Origin: an uncultured Deferribacteres bacterium
GTDB lineage: Bacteria; Zhuqueibacterota; Zhuqueibacteria; Zhuqueibacterales; Geothermadaptataceae
Assembly (NCBI GenBank): GCA_964014485.1
Contig: CAXHAT010000010.1
Location: 1 to 64,000 of the forward strand
Direction of reading: 5' to 3'
Length of the DNA stretch: 64,000 nucleotides
The translations under genes and the position numbers were made by a program. Positions 49,323-59,410 of this stretch are shown piece after piece. How positions within the stretch are numbered: position 1 is the stretch's first letter; every line of letters begins with the position of its first letter. The notes beneath the pieces are model-generated. The model saw only the letters and a program-made list of their open reading frames with translations, was not told where the DNA came from and did no database searches.

Positions 49323-49560
49323 TAACCTTTGGTGCTAGTGACTGCAAAAGCGAGTCGCCTTGTTGGTATAAATTATTAAGGCATTGAATCGCACAAGTCT
49401 AATTTTATAAAATGCCGACAAAAGCATTTCGAAAAAATAGCTTCAATTGACCGAAACGCCTTTATCGAAATTTTCCATAATTAGGCCCGAGAAAGCAAAC
49501 GCCTTAATATTTGAGGTTGACGAGCGGTTTCATTTTTACAATAACTAGCACCAAAGGTTA
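49323..49560. mobile_element. 238-bp non-coding element with perfect 17-bp terminal inverted repeats (MITE or invertible segment)
   Basis: TAACCTTTGGTGCTAGT (49323-49339) and ACTAGCACCAAAGGTTA (49544-49560) are exact reverse complements; AT-rich interior; the outer TA could be a target-site duplication. Confidence 0.6.
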
Positions 49561-49617
49561 ATAGATGGAAAACCTGGAAACGCGCTTTATGATAACGAAT
49601 TTGCGCCGTCTGAAAAT

Positions 49618-49672
49618 ACAAAAGGCCGCCGCCTGTTCCCGAAGCTTTCGGGACGAGACGACAGCCTTTTGT
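49618..49672 (-). terminator. Long hairpin, probable terminator downstream of the SusD-like gene
   Basis: ACAAAAGGC...TCCCGAAGCTTTCGGGA...GCCTTTTGT, followed by a T-rich tract on the minus strand. Confidence 0.6.
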
Positions 49673-49719
49673 TTGCTACAGGATGACGCGATCGATTAAA
49701 CGATCACGCCAAGGTAAAC

Positions 49720-51309
49720 TTAGTTTGCCTTCAAAGCACCGTCGAATACTCTGCGAGCCTTTGGCGCAGAGTCGCCTTTGCCGCCGCCGTGCGAGTAGAG
49801 TTCCAACTGCAGAACTTCGAGGTCAAGCGCAGGAACAGGGAAGTGGATCGGCGTTCCTGAAGTCAGGATGCCGTATCCGCGACCGTCCCAAAGCTGCAAA
49901 CCGCTAAACGTGCCAAGCAAGTCCATTCTGCGTTCATACTTCAGTGCGGACCACAGTGTTCTCGATTCAGGCTTCGGATCAGGCAGATCATTGATGGTGC
50001 CTTTAGCTACGCCGGCCAATGACGGATAACCGCCGTCAACAACGTGCGTTTGATCGAGAAGTGCAGCTGCTTCCGCTTCACCGCCGCCGACGCCATTCAG
50101 TGCAGCTTCAGCGCGAATAAAGTCAGCTTCGCTGGCACGGTACATTACGACTTGTGTGGCTGCGTCAGTTGTCGCGTATTCTGTAAAACGATCGTGTCCG
50201 TACATACAGGCGATGTAAGGACGGCCGCCGTTATAAGCAGTGGGGCCGGCAAAACTCATTTGCGTTCCCGGATTCTGGTTGCCGTCCATGTCACGAGTTT
50301 GATCCCAAATACGAAGATCGCCCGTATCCATTTCAAACTCTTGACGATCTGCAGGCGCTCTGGAACCCCAATCAGCATAGCCGTTTGAACGGTCGCTCGG
50401 GCCAATCAGACGATAGTCGACGCGTTGCCACGTCCCGTATTGCGACGAGTACCATTGCACGCCGTCGTACCATTGGGAGCTTCTGCCCGCGCCGTCGCCG
50501 ATTGGGCCCCAATCATCGGTCAAACCGCGGTCAACATGACTCAAAACGGTCGCCCAGTCTGTTGCTGCACGTTCTTGAGGATTTCTGGCTACAACGACTT
50601 TATAACGTGCGATAAACGTATGAGCTATTCTGGCAAGGTCTTCGTTGCTGGTGCTGACGCCGTTAATCCACTCAATCGGAAGGGTAAAAGTGGTTGAGCC
50701 GCTGAGGTCAATGCATTCTTGCAATTGAGCAATAGCTGCGTCCAAAACAGCGTTGTAGGGCTGCAGCGTCAGTTCATCATTAGCAAGATCAACGTCTTCA
50801 TCCAAAATGAAGCCTTGATCGAACATGGTGGCAATATAGCCGTGTGACAAACCTTGAACCAGCTTGCCAAAAGCGATGGCGCGGGTATTGTTAGCCGCGC
50901 CAAGATCAACCGTACCGTTTTCAATATTTCGGATGCCGTCTGACGCCGCTGAGATAGCGCCGTACAAACCGAACCATGGGTTTTCGATAACGCCACGTTC
51001 AGGTGATGAAGAGGTGTTGCCGAATTCCTGGCGCGGCTCCTGATCCATTCTCCACATGCTGAAGTTACCCCAGCCGCAGGTGTATGTATCTGAAGCCATG
51101 GCAAGAGACATGTTCGGCGTGGAACTTGAAATCGCTTGGAACCAACTTAGAAAAGAACCGCCGACAAGCGATTCAATATCACTACCAGTTGCTAACGCGC
51201 GGCTTTCATCAGGTGAATTCAGATTCTCGGTATCGAGATCCTGACAGCTAAAGAAAGCCATAGCCAAGCCGAGCATGGCAACCAGGCTAAATGACAGGCG
51301 TTTTTTCAT
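49720..51309 (-). CDS. SusD/RagB-like surface lipoprotein
   Basis: GGAGG RBS; FFSC lipobox; SEADFIRAEAAL and LKYERRMDL motifs; directly downstream of a SusC-like gene. Confidence 0.82.
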   Translation of the reverse strand: MKKRLSFSLVAMLGLAMAFFSCQDLDTENLNSPDESRALATGSDIESLVGGSFLSWFQAISSSTPNMSLAMASDTYTCGWGNFSMWRMDQEPRQEFGNTSSSPERGVIENPWFGLYGAISAASDGIRNIENGTVDLGAANNTRAIAFGKLVQGLSHGYIATMFDQGFILDEDVDLANDELTLQPYNAVLDAAIAQLQECIDLSGSTTFTLPIEWINGVSTSNEDLARIAHTFIARYKVVVARNPQERAATDWATVLSHVDRGLTDDWGPIGDGAGRSSQWYDGVQWYSSQYGTWQRVDYRLIGPSDRSNGYADWGSRAPADRQEFEMDTGDLRIWDQTRDMDGNQNPGTQMSFAGPTAYNGGRPYIACMYGHDRFTEYATTDAATQVVMYRASEADFIRAEAALNGVGGGEAEAAALLDQTHVVDGGYPSLAGVAKGTINDLPDPKPESRTLWSALKYERRMDLLGTFSGLQLWDGRGYGILTSGTPIHFPVPALDLEVLQLELYSHGGGKGDSAPKARRVFDGALKAN

Positions 51310-51360
51310 AACTTCCTCCAAATATATGGATTTAAACTTTGAGTGACCATTAGATCAGTT

Positions 51361-51392
51361 AACCTTGACAGGGTTGCAACCCTGTCAAGGTT
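51361..51392. repeat. Perfect 32-bp palindrome (REP-like) between susC and susD
   Basis: AACCTTGACAGGGTTG|CAACCCTGTCAAGGTT is an exact inverted repeat. Confidence 0.8.
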
Positions 51393-51404
51393 GTTTAATA
51401 CGAT

Positions 51405-54400
51405 TTAGAACTCAATTTCAAAAACGCCAGTAAACGTTCTGTAGTTCGGGTAATTGAATGAGTCGACTCTGGTGACAACCGAAGAACCGCCGTCCGTACC
51501 GTTACTAACGATACCAACTTCAGGATCGTAGCCTTCGTCATAGTTGTCAAAAGTCAGCAAGTTACGACCGACAATACCAAAAGTGACTTTGTCGAGCAAG
51601 CCGCCGAAAAGACCGCTTAACTGCTTGCGACCGAAAGAATAACGAACAGAGAGTTCGCGCAATTTGAGATACTCTGCGTCAAAAACGAAAGTGTCTCTTG
51701 CACTGCCGCCGCTGCTGCGAGACAGTTCTCTGTAGTATTCCGTCGGTTTCATGGTTTCTTCGGTTTTGCCTTCCTGGTTGTTGTCGCCATGACGTTGCTC
51801 AACGCCGTAGCCCCAATCGACCGTACGGCTGTAAAGCTGGCCGCCGGATTGAGCATCGATCAAACCATAGAACGTGAAGCCTTTGAAACGGAAGTTACTG
51901 GAAAAGCCCATGTTGAAATTAGGCACGGTGCTGCCAGTCTTCTGGAAATTTTGACCTTCAGCGTCTGCATAGTCAATTGGGAAACCCCAAGTGTACTGCG
52001 TGCCGTTTGAAAGCGTGGCTTGAGAACCCCACAATTGTTTGCTAACGCCTTCAGTCCAGGAGTTGCCGTCGCCGACCCAAACAACGTAACCTTCGTCGTT
52101 GACCTGGAATTGGCTCAACTCATCTTGGGTAACGTTTTGATCGAGCAAGTCATTGAGTTCGTAGATTTTGCGACCGCCGTACAGCGCGCCAAACTCTTCG
52201 CCTTCCTGTACCCGGAAAACGCTAGCGCCCTGAGTGAACGCAGGCGCCCAGTTGTAGGCGGGCAGATTGAGTTCAGTAATCGTTTGTTCTGTGCGGTCAA
52301 AAACAACGCCGAAAGTCCACGATTTGTCGCGGCTCTGCAGCAGTGAACCTTGCAAAGAAGCTTCCCAAGTACTGGATTCCAGCGTTCCGGCATTCTGCCA
52401 TTGCGTGGTGTAACCAGCGTAGGACGGAAGCGGCACTTCAAGCAATTGATCTTCAACAGTGCTTTCTGCACGGGTCAATTCAACAGAGAAACGATTGGCA
52501 AAAGTAAAGTCAATCCCAGCCTCAAATTCTTGCGCGAATTCCGGCTTCAATTCTTTGTTGCCAAGCGTCGCCTTTGATACGTTACCTGCATTAACGGCCC
52601 AAGTTTCAAAACGTGCAAAGAAGTTAGGACGACCGCCTGCGGTGCCGTAAGAAGCACGCAGTTTGAAGTCTTGGACGCCGGAAATCGGCCACCAGGATTC
52701 TTGCCCGATGCGGTAGGCGCCTGAGACGCGGTAGTAAGTCGCCCATCTTTCGTCCGGGCCGAACAGCGAACTTCCGTCGCGACGGATCAGAAAATCGCCA
52801 ATATACTTGTCTTTATAATCGAAAGCCGTTGTTACGAAGAAACCTTCGGAACGAACTTGTTGGATTTCAGAATCGATGACAAGTTTAGTTGAGTTAGCAA
52901 CACTCAAGTCACGTACGCCGCGAACGGCAAGGTCGGTGCCCTGAGCAAAGGTGTTTTGCAATTCACTGCGTTCAAACAAGCCGCGAACTTTCGTTCTGAG
53001 GGTCAAGTTGTTGTTCATCAACGCTTTCTGGAAAGATGCGGTAAAATGGCCGTTCATTGCTTGATCAAGCGCCGGGAACTTAACAAGGCGTCCCGAGGTG
53101 ATGTCAATGTCGAACGGATCCTGGAAGCCGATTCTCCAGAAACGTGATCTTTCGCGATTTGATTTGTCGTAGCTGAACGAACCTTCAAGTTTGAACCAGT
53201 TTGCCGGTTGGTAAGCAAGACTCAAACCACCCATGATGCGTGTGGTCTCATCTTTACGCGGAAGGTTTTGCGGTTCATAAAGAGGATTGTCGCGCTGTGC
53301 AAGCGGATCCGGCAGGATGAAGAGATCACCGCCAATATCTTCAGGAAGACCGTTGGGGAATTCCGCGGTTTTCGTGCCCACTGCTGCGTGACGTATTCTC
53401 GGGTCAGCATCCGGTGAGATAAAAGTCAGGCCAAAAAACGGCGAGCCAACGCCCGTGCGAATATCGTCACGATCGGTGTCGCTGACAAAACCGCTGATAG
53501 AAACGGTCAGGTCATCGCGGAATTTGTGATCGAGCGCGAGACGAACGTTACGGCGAGAAAAACCTTTCAGGCCGTCAATAACGCCGTCTTCAGAACGGTT
53601 GCCGAAACTCAGGGAGAAGTTGGTGCTCTCCATGTTACGAACAACAGTTGCGTTATTCGTCATAAAGGTGCCGGGGTCAAAAAGCTCGTCAACCATGTTG
53701 AAGCCGCCTTCAGGAATAAGCTGCAAACCTACAGGCTTGCCCGTGGCGGGGTCAATTTGAACCGTGCCGTCTTCATTCAAAAGAATGTCGCCGGTAGCAA
53801 CCCATTTGTATGGCTTATCAGAAAAAGCGATGGTTGCTTTAACGCCGTCATCCGGATTATTAGGATCATAATTTCCGGTGTAACGATCGATAACACGGCC
53901 GGTCGTTGCTCTAGGATCAACGAAGTTGCCGTCGTTGTCAATGAAATCCCCAGGCGAAACAGTGATGTTGTTAGCATCGGTATAGTCGCTTGCGCCTTCA
54001 TGAATTCTGAACCAATGCGTTTCGCTCAAAGGATAATTCTTGTAAAGTTCGTTAATGCCGAACTCGTTGCGAACGCGGATTTTGGTTTGGTTGAGAGCGG
54101 CGCCTTGACCGCGGTTGGTGGTAATGTTGACAACGCCGTTTGCTGCGCGAGAGCCATAAAGGGATGCGCCCGCAGCGCCTTTTACGATTTCCATGCTGAT
54201 AATGTCTTCAGCAGGAATGTCCGTTAAAGGACTGGCGGAAACGGAAGGATCAATGATCACGCCGTCAATAATGTAGAGCGGATCTTGCGATCTGCCGCTT
54301 GAGTTGATACTGGTTGGAGCGCGCAACATAACGGAAGCGTCGCTGCCCGGCTCGCCGCTGCCGCGAACAACGCGAACGCCGGCGACTTTGCCGCGAAGTG

Positions 54401-54851
54401 CTGATTCCGGAGATGCGGAAGGCACTTGCTCAAGCGCTTGTTGGCTGACTCGACCAACGCTAAAGGCCAATTTGGCTTTCGGCGTATCATCAACAACGCC
54501 CGTCACAATAATCGCGTCCATTTCGAGAACGTCGAGCGAAAGGGCGAAGTCAAGAGTGTGAGAGCCCGGAGTCAAATTCAGTTTTTCGGTTTTGGTGTGG
54601 TAACCAATGAACCGAGCTTCCAAAGTGACTTCCTGGCCGTTTGCCATTGAGGCGGGTACAGTAAACGAGTACTCGCCGTTTTCATTAGTAGCGGCGCCAA
54701 GCTTTGTGGTGCGAACGAGAACGTTTGCGCCAGGCAGCGGATCGCCGGCTTCGTCCGTGATTTTTCCTGAAATTGTGGCTTCCTGGGCAATAAGCGCCAT
54801 TGGAAGCAGGAAAAAACTCAGACAAACGGTTAGAAAAAACTTAGATCTCAT
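51405..54851 (-). CDS. SusC/RagA-family TonB-dependent outer membrane transporter
   Basis: Signal peptide; N-terminal extension (PLPGANV); plug PLYIIDGV and IVKGAAGASLYGSRAANGVVNITT; RRDGSSLFG; C-terminal YP..RTF...IEF; GGAGGA RBS before ATG 54851. Confidence 0.93.
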   Translation of the reverse strand: MRSKFFLTVCLSFFLLPMALIAQEATISGKITDEAGDPLPGANVLVRTTKLGAATNENGEYSFTVPASMANGQEVTLEARFIGYHTKTEKLNLTPGSHTLDFALSLDVLEMDAIIVTGVVDDTPKAKLAFSVGRVSQQALEQVPSASPESALRGKVAGVRVVRGSGEPGSDASVMLRAPTSINSSGRSQDPLYIIDGVIIDPSVSASPLTDIPAEDIISMEIVKGAAGASLYGSRAANGVVNITTNRGQGAALNQTKIRVRNEFGINELYKNYPLSETHWFRIHEGASDYTDANNITVSPGDFIDNDGNFVDPRATTGRVIDRYTGNYDPNNPDDGVKATIAFSDKPYKWVATGDILLNEDGTVQIDPATGKPVGLQLIPEGGFNMVDELFDPGTFMTNNATVVRNMESTNFSLSFGNRSEDGVIDGLKGFSRRNVRLALDHKFRDDLTVSISGFVSDTDRDDIRTGVGSPFFGLTFISPDADPRIRHAAVGTKTAEFPNGLPEDIGGDLFILPDPLAQRDNPLYEPQNLPRKDETTRIMGGLSLAYQPANWFKLEGSFSYDKSNRERSRFWRIGFQDPFDIDITSGRLVKFPALDQAMNGHFTASFQKALMNNNLTLRTKVRGLFERSELQNTFAQGTDLAVRGVRDLSVANSTKLVIDSEIQQVRSEGFFVTTAFDYKDKYIGDFLIRRDGSSLFGPDERWATYYRVSGAYRIGQESWWPISGVQDFKLRASYGTAGGRPNFFARFETWAVNAGNVSKATLGNKELKPEFAQEFEAGIDFTFANRFSVELTRAESTVEDQLLEVPLPSYAGYTTQWQNAGTLESSTWEASLQGSLLQSRDKSWTFGVVFDRTEQTITELNLPAYNWAPAFTQGASVFRVQEGEEFGALYGGRKIYELNDLLDQNVTQDELSQFQVNDEGYVVWVGDGNSWTEGVSKQLWGSQATLSNGTQYTWGFPIDYADAEGQNFQKTGSTVPNFNMGFSSNFRFKGFTFYGLIDAQSGGQLYSRTVDWGYGVEQRHGDNNQEGKTEETMKPTEYYRELSRSSGGSARDTFVFDAEYLKLRELSVRYSFGRKQLSGLFGGLLDKVTFGIVGRNLLTFDNYDEGYDPEVGIVSNGTDGGSSVVTRVDSFNYPNYRTFTGVFEIEF

Positions 54852-55370
54852 AGACCTATCCTCCGCGGTTAAGTTAAGAGTGACCATCTAACCAACTAAA
54901 TGAATTGTAAAACAACCATCTTTAGGTCTGTTTCAAACCAAAAGAGCAGTTATTCGATCTTCGTGGAGCATGTGTAGGAGTGACGTTTGGATTGTCTAGA
55001 ACAGACAAATCGGGAAGGCTGAAATTTGTCATTTTTCTCCGATCAATAATTAGCGTTCCAAAAATAGTCCTGGATGTTAAGAAAAGCGAAAACTCGCTTT
55101 AAGCATGGCGATAACATCCTCTAGAAAAACAGCCCAGTTTTGGCAATTTTTGAGCCATTGCAGAAATGTGATGAGGTAAAGTTATCTAAAATAATATCTT
55201 GAAGGGAAAGTGCATCATGCTGTAGAATGCGGATTAGTGCAAGTTAGTGCATACTTTTAGAGCGAAATTTTGCACCCGGCTTTTCTTATGTAATCCGAGT
55301 GGAAACATAGAGTTTATCCGACGATACGCGACGCATCGTTTGAAGATGTTCAGAAAGCTAATTTTTTACA

Positions 55371-58007
55371 TTAAGCGCTCTGAAAATCCGTGCGGCTGTT
55401 TTCTATGAAAAGCTGTTCCGTCTTCGTGTGGGGAAAGGCTGGTAGGGAAAGTTTAATGGTGAAATTGAATATGCTGCCCGCGCCGCTCTCGCTCTGCACT
55501 TGAATCTCTCCCCCCATCATGCGAATGAGCTGCGAAGAAATCGTCAAGCCAATGCCTGCGCCGCCGAATTGTCGCGAGTGAGAAGCGTCCCCCTGAGTAA
55601 ACAATTCAAAAATTGCATTTTGCTGGTCGCTTGGAATGCCGACGCCCGTATCTGAAACGGAGAAATGCAAGATCGCCGTTTCGTCGTCGAGTTCGCCCGT
55701 TTTAACCGTGAAATGAATTTCTCCCTTGTGCGTGAATTTAATGGCGTTACCGATGATGTTCATCAAAACCTGCTGCAATCTGCGATGATCGCCCATGAGC
55801 TTGTTCGGAATTTTTTGATCAAGATGAACCGTCAGGGAAAGGCGCTTTTGGTTCGCGCGGGCGCGCAAGGGCGCGATTGTCTGATCAATTTTTTTTCGAA
55901 AATCGAACTCAGACGAGACAAGCTGCATTCGTCCGGTTTCAACGCGTGAAATATCAAGGATGTCGTTTAGCAGCCCTAAAAGCAGGTAAGCGGATTCTTT
56001 GATCATGTTGGCGTACTCTTGCTGCGGCGGCGTAAGCGGATCTTCCAGAACAAGATCGCTCATGCCGATAATAACGTGCAGCGGCGTCCTGATTTCATGA
56101 CTCATGTTGGCCAGGAATCGGCTTTTTGCCTGGCTGGCGACTTCGGCGGCTTCTTTCGCTTCCCGCAGGTCGAGTAAAGCCTGTTTGCGGTCTGTAACGT
56201 CGGACAAAATACCGAACGCCCCGGTTCGCGCGCCCTGTGCATTGAAGATTGGCGCTGCGTTCATTCTGACCCAGATTTGGTCGCCGGCCTTATCTCGCGT
56301 CTTGAAATCATAGGATTCGAAGCGGGCCGTTGATTTCAACAAAGTCAAGTGCTTGGCCGCGCGCTTGTCAAGCGTATCAAACATGTTTCTTCCGTTTTTG
56401 CCGATAACCTCCGATTCCACGAAACCAAAGATTTCACAAAATCGGCGATTGACCAGGTAAATTGTGTCTTCATGATCCACCGCGATCACAGCTTCGTGCA
56501 TGTTTTCCATCAATGTGCGGCGGCGCATCTCAGACATCTTGATCGCTTCTTGCGCTCTTTTTTGCTCGGAAACGTCTCGAATCAGAACCAGCGAAGCCGG
56601 TTTGCCTTCAAAAGTTATCGGCGCAGTCGAGATCGCCGCATCGACGGCCGTTCCGTCCAGGCGCAGGACTTTCTCTTCCATAACCCGGCCAAGTTCGCCT
56701 GAATAGCTGCGTTCGACGCGACGCCTGACCACGTCACGGAAGTCCGGGTGGACAAAATCCAGAATTGGCTTTCCGACGACGTCTCGAAATCGTTCGCCGC
56801 CAAAAAGTTTTAAGCCGGAAGCGTTCGTATAAACGATTTTTTGCTCTTGATGAACGACAATCGTTTCCGGCGACAATTCAACCAGGCGACGATACCGTTC
56901 TTCACTTTCGCGCGTTTTTTGAATCGCCCGTTTTTGCGCCGTGATGTTTCGCGCAAACACTGAAACGCCGGATATTTGAGTTTCGTCGTTGGAAACGATT
57001 GGATTGAACGAAATTTCTGTAATTATTCGCGTATCCTGAAAATCGAAAACTTTTTCCGTGGAGAAATGCTCGCCGGCCAACGCCCTGTTGTAAAATCCAA
57101 GCCACTCTTCGTGAAGCGCTTTCGGCGCTCTTTGAATGATATTCATTCCCGGCTTCAAAACCTTGCCGTACTCCAGAGCAAATTGCGTCTGAAAAACGGA
57201 ATTGACCGTGACCAAATTATAGCCGCGATCAATTGACCAGATGGCGTCTTGCGTATTTTCGATGACGGCGGAAAGATTGGCGCGACTTTCCGCGTGCTGA
57301 TGCATGTGGGAAACGACTTCTTCTAAGTCCTTCTTGCGAACCTTTGCCGCAATGATGCTCAAAATCGCAATGAGCGCGACAAGGCCAAATGGTTGTAAAA
57401 CGTCTATGGCGCGCAAATTCCGGGTTAATGCAGCGATCAAAACCATCGCAGAACTGCTGAAAAACGCAAGCGCCAAAGTTGATTTGGTCGATAAAACGAG
57501 GCTGCTCAGAAGAAAAGCGACGCTTAACAATAGAAAAGGCGTTGGAGGCTGAGCCGTCAAAGCTTCAAATTGGAGAAGCGTTGAAAGCGCCGCGCAAGCA
57601 AGAGCGCCGACGGCCAGCTTTGCGCCCCAATGAAAATAGCGCGTCCGGCTTAACCAGTAAGCGGCGCCCTGAAAAATGAGCATTCCCGCGACGATGAGAA
57701 ATTCAGGATCGGTCAAAGGGGAAAAGGCTTCGCCGCGGCGGATTGGGATCAGGACGAACGCCAACATAAAGATGGGAAGGAAGAGCGCAAGCAGCAGCGT
57801 CGCCAGCAAACGGGCCCTACGCTGATCCGCCGCTTCGATTACTCGGGACGGACGGGTTGCTTTTTGCCAAATATTTCTGATGATGAGATAGATACGCCGC
57901 AGTTTCACAACTCTGCCCTGCTTGAAGATCGCGGACTTGTTCACGTCTTGCGGGTTTTCAACCGCCGGGGGCGTGTTTTCAAGGCGAGACTTTTCTATAT
58001 CTATCAA
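55371..58007 (-). CDS. Membrane-bound sensor histidine kinase with three PAS domains, no receiver domain
   Basis: Multiple N-terminal TMs; three PAS/PAC units; FLANMSHEIRTPL H-box; NAIKFT, DTGVGI and GGAGIGL; start uncertain. Confidence 0.92.
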   Translation of the reverse strand: MIDIEKSRLENTPPAVENPQDVNKSAIFKQGRVVKLRRIYLIIRNIWQKATRPSRVIEAADQRRARLLATLLLALFLPIFMLAFVLIPIRRGEAFSPLTDPEFLIVAGMLIFQGAAYWLSRTRYFHWGAKLAVGALACAALSTLLQFEALTAQPPTPFLLLSVAFLLSSLVLSTKSTLALAFFSSSAMVLIAALTRNLRAIDVLQPFGLVALIAILSIIAAKVRKKDLEEVVSHMHQHAESRANLSAVIENTQDAIWSIDRGYNLVTVNSVFQTQFALEYGKVLKPGMNIIQRAPKALHEEWLGFYNRALAGEHFSTEKVFDFQDTRIITEISFNPIVSNDETQISGVSVFARNITAQKRAIQKTRESEERYRRLVELSPETIVVHQEQKIVYTNASGLKLFGGERFRDVVGKPILDFVHPDFRDVVRRRVERSYSGELGRVMEEKVLRLDGTAVDAAISTAPITFEGKPASLVLIRDVSEQKRAQEAIKMSEMRRRTLMENMHEAVIAVDHEDTIYLVNRRFCEIFGFVESEVIGKNGRNMFDTLDKRAAKHLTLLKSTARFESYDFKTRDKAGDQIWVRMNAAPIFNAQGARTGAFGILSDVTDRKQALLDLREAKEAAEVASQAKSRFLANMSHEIRTPLHVIIGMSDLVLEDPLTPPQQEYANMIKESAYLLLGLLNDILDISRVETGRMQLVSSEFDFRKKIDQTIAPLRARANQKRLSLTVHLDQKIPNKLMGDHRRLQQVLMNIIGNAIKFTHKGEIHFTVKTGELDDETAILHFSVSDTGVGIPSDQQNAIFELFTQGDASHSRQFGGAGIGLTISSQLIRMMGGEIQVQSESGAGSIFNFTIKLSLPAFPHTKTEQLFIENSRTDFQSA

Positions 58008-58101
58008 ATTACAAAAGATTCAATTTTTTGCAGAATCATATCCTTGAAACAATTATATTCTTCCCGCTCAATTCGGTTCTCAAACTCAAACCTGATCATG
58101 G

Positions 58102-58761
58102 ATGTCTTCTGAAATAAAACCACAGTACATTGCCGTCGCGGGCAACATTGGCGTCGGCAAAACCACTTTGACGCGGCTCTTGTGCGAGCAATACGATTGG
58201 CTTGGCTTTTACGAAAACTTTGTTGAAAATCCCTACCTGGAAGATTTTTATGAAGACATGAGAGGGTTTGCGTTTCAGTCACAGGTCTTTTTCTTGAAAG
58301 AGCGCATCAAAGATCATTTTGAAATCCATGACGCGCACAAAACTTGCGTGCAAGACCGGACGATTTACGAAGACGCCGAGATTTTCGCTCGCAATTTATA
58401 CGACCGCAAAATGATGTCGAGCAGGGACTACGCCGTCTATGCCGACCTTTATCGGAGCATAAAAGGCTTTCTCCGCCCGCCCGACTTTTTTATCTATTTA
58501 CAAGCGTCCGCCTGGACGCTGATTAGCCGAATTCGCAAACGCGGACGGACTTATGAGCAAAGCATCGACAAAGAATATCTGTTGCAGCTCAACGCAACCT
58601 ATGAACAGTGGGCTAAAGAAACGGCGGCGGAACAGCCCGTTCTAATCATTAACACGGATGATCGCGATATCGTCGACGATCTGGAATGGCAAAAAGAAGT
58701 GTTGGTGAGAATTGAAAGCTTCGGTCGAGAAGTACGAAGTAAAAGAGAAGAGAATCTATGA
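58102..58761 (+). CDS. Deoxynucleoside kinase family protein
   Basis: IAVAGNIGVGKTT, NPYLEDFY, QDRTIYED and RIRKRGR motifs. Confidence 0.92.
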   Translation: MSSEIKPQYIAVAGNIGVGKTTLTRLLCEQYDWLGFYENFVENPYLEDFYEDMRGFAFQSQVFFLKERIKDHFEIHDAHKTCVQDRTIYEDAEIFARNLYDRKMMSSRDYAVYADLYRSIKGFLRPPDFFIYLQASAWTLISRIRKRGRTYEQSIDKEYLLQLNATYEQWAKETAAEQPVLIINTDDRDIVDDLEWQKEVLVRIESFGREVRSKREENL

Positions 58762-59402
58762 AATTGACTGATTCAGGGAAAAGCCTCCGCTTCATCGCTG
58801 TTTGCTGTCTTTTGCCGTGGCTAATTCAATGCTCTTCCAGCAAACCGAATCTCGCCAAAACTGAGAATGACGACAAGCAAGAAAGCGTTGCGGAGAAGCC
58901 GCAAAATCCGGCGGTCGTGCTGCGAACGACCAAAGGAGAAATCACCATCGAGCTTTTGCCGAAAAAAGCGCCGAAGTCTGTTGAGAATTTTTTGCAGTAC
59001 GTCCGGGACGGTTTTTATGACGGCACGATTTTTCACCGCGTCATTCCGGATTTCATGATCCAATGCGGCGCGCTCACTGCTGATCTGAAACCCAAGAAAA
59101 CGCGCGAGCCCGTCCAGAACGAAGCGAAGCGCAGCATCAAGAATTCGCGTGGAACGGTTACAATGGCTCGGCGTTCGGGGCGAAACAGCGCAACCGCCTC
59201 GTTTTTCATCAATCTCAATCAGAACACTCATCTCGACTACGGCGTGGACGAGTTTGGCTACACGGTTTTCGGCAGAGTCGTCGCAGGCATGGAAGTCGTT
59301 GATGCCATCGCCGCCGCGCCGACGACTACGCTGAAACAATTGAAAAACATTCCGACCGATCCGCCGGTGATTTTACAGGCGGAGATCATAAATGCCAATT
59401 GA
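58758..59402 (+). CDS. Cyclophilin-type peptidyl-prolyl isomerase (probable lipoprotein)
   Basis: APKSVENFLQY, YDGTIFHRVIPDFMIQ, GTVTMAR and YTVFGRV motifs; LIQC lipobox-like; ATGA overlap with the kinase gene. Confidence 0.93.
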   Translation: MKLTDSGKSLRFIAVCCLLPWLIQCSSSKPNLAKTENDDKQESVAEKPQNPAVVLRTTKGEITIELLPKKAPKSVENFLQYVRDGFYDGTIFHRVIPDFMIQCGALTADLKPKKTREPVQNEAKRSIKNSRGTVTMARRSGRNSATASFFINLNQNTHLDYGVDEFGYTVFGRVVAGMEVVDAIAAAPTTTLKQLKNIPTDPPVILQAEIINAN

Positions 59403-59410
59403 GAGTTTAA

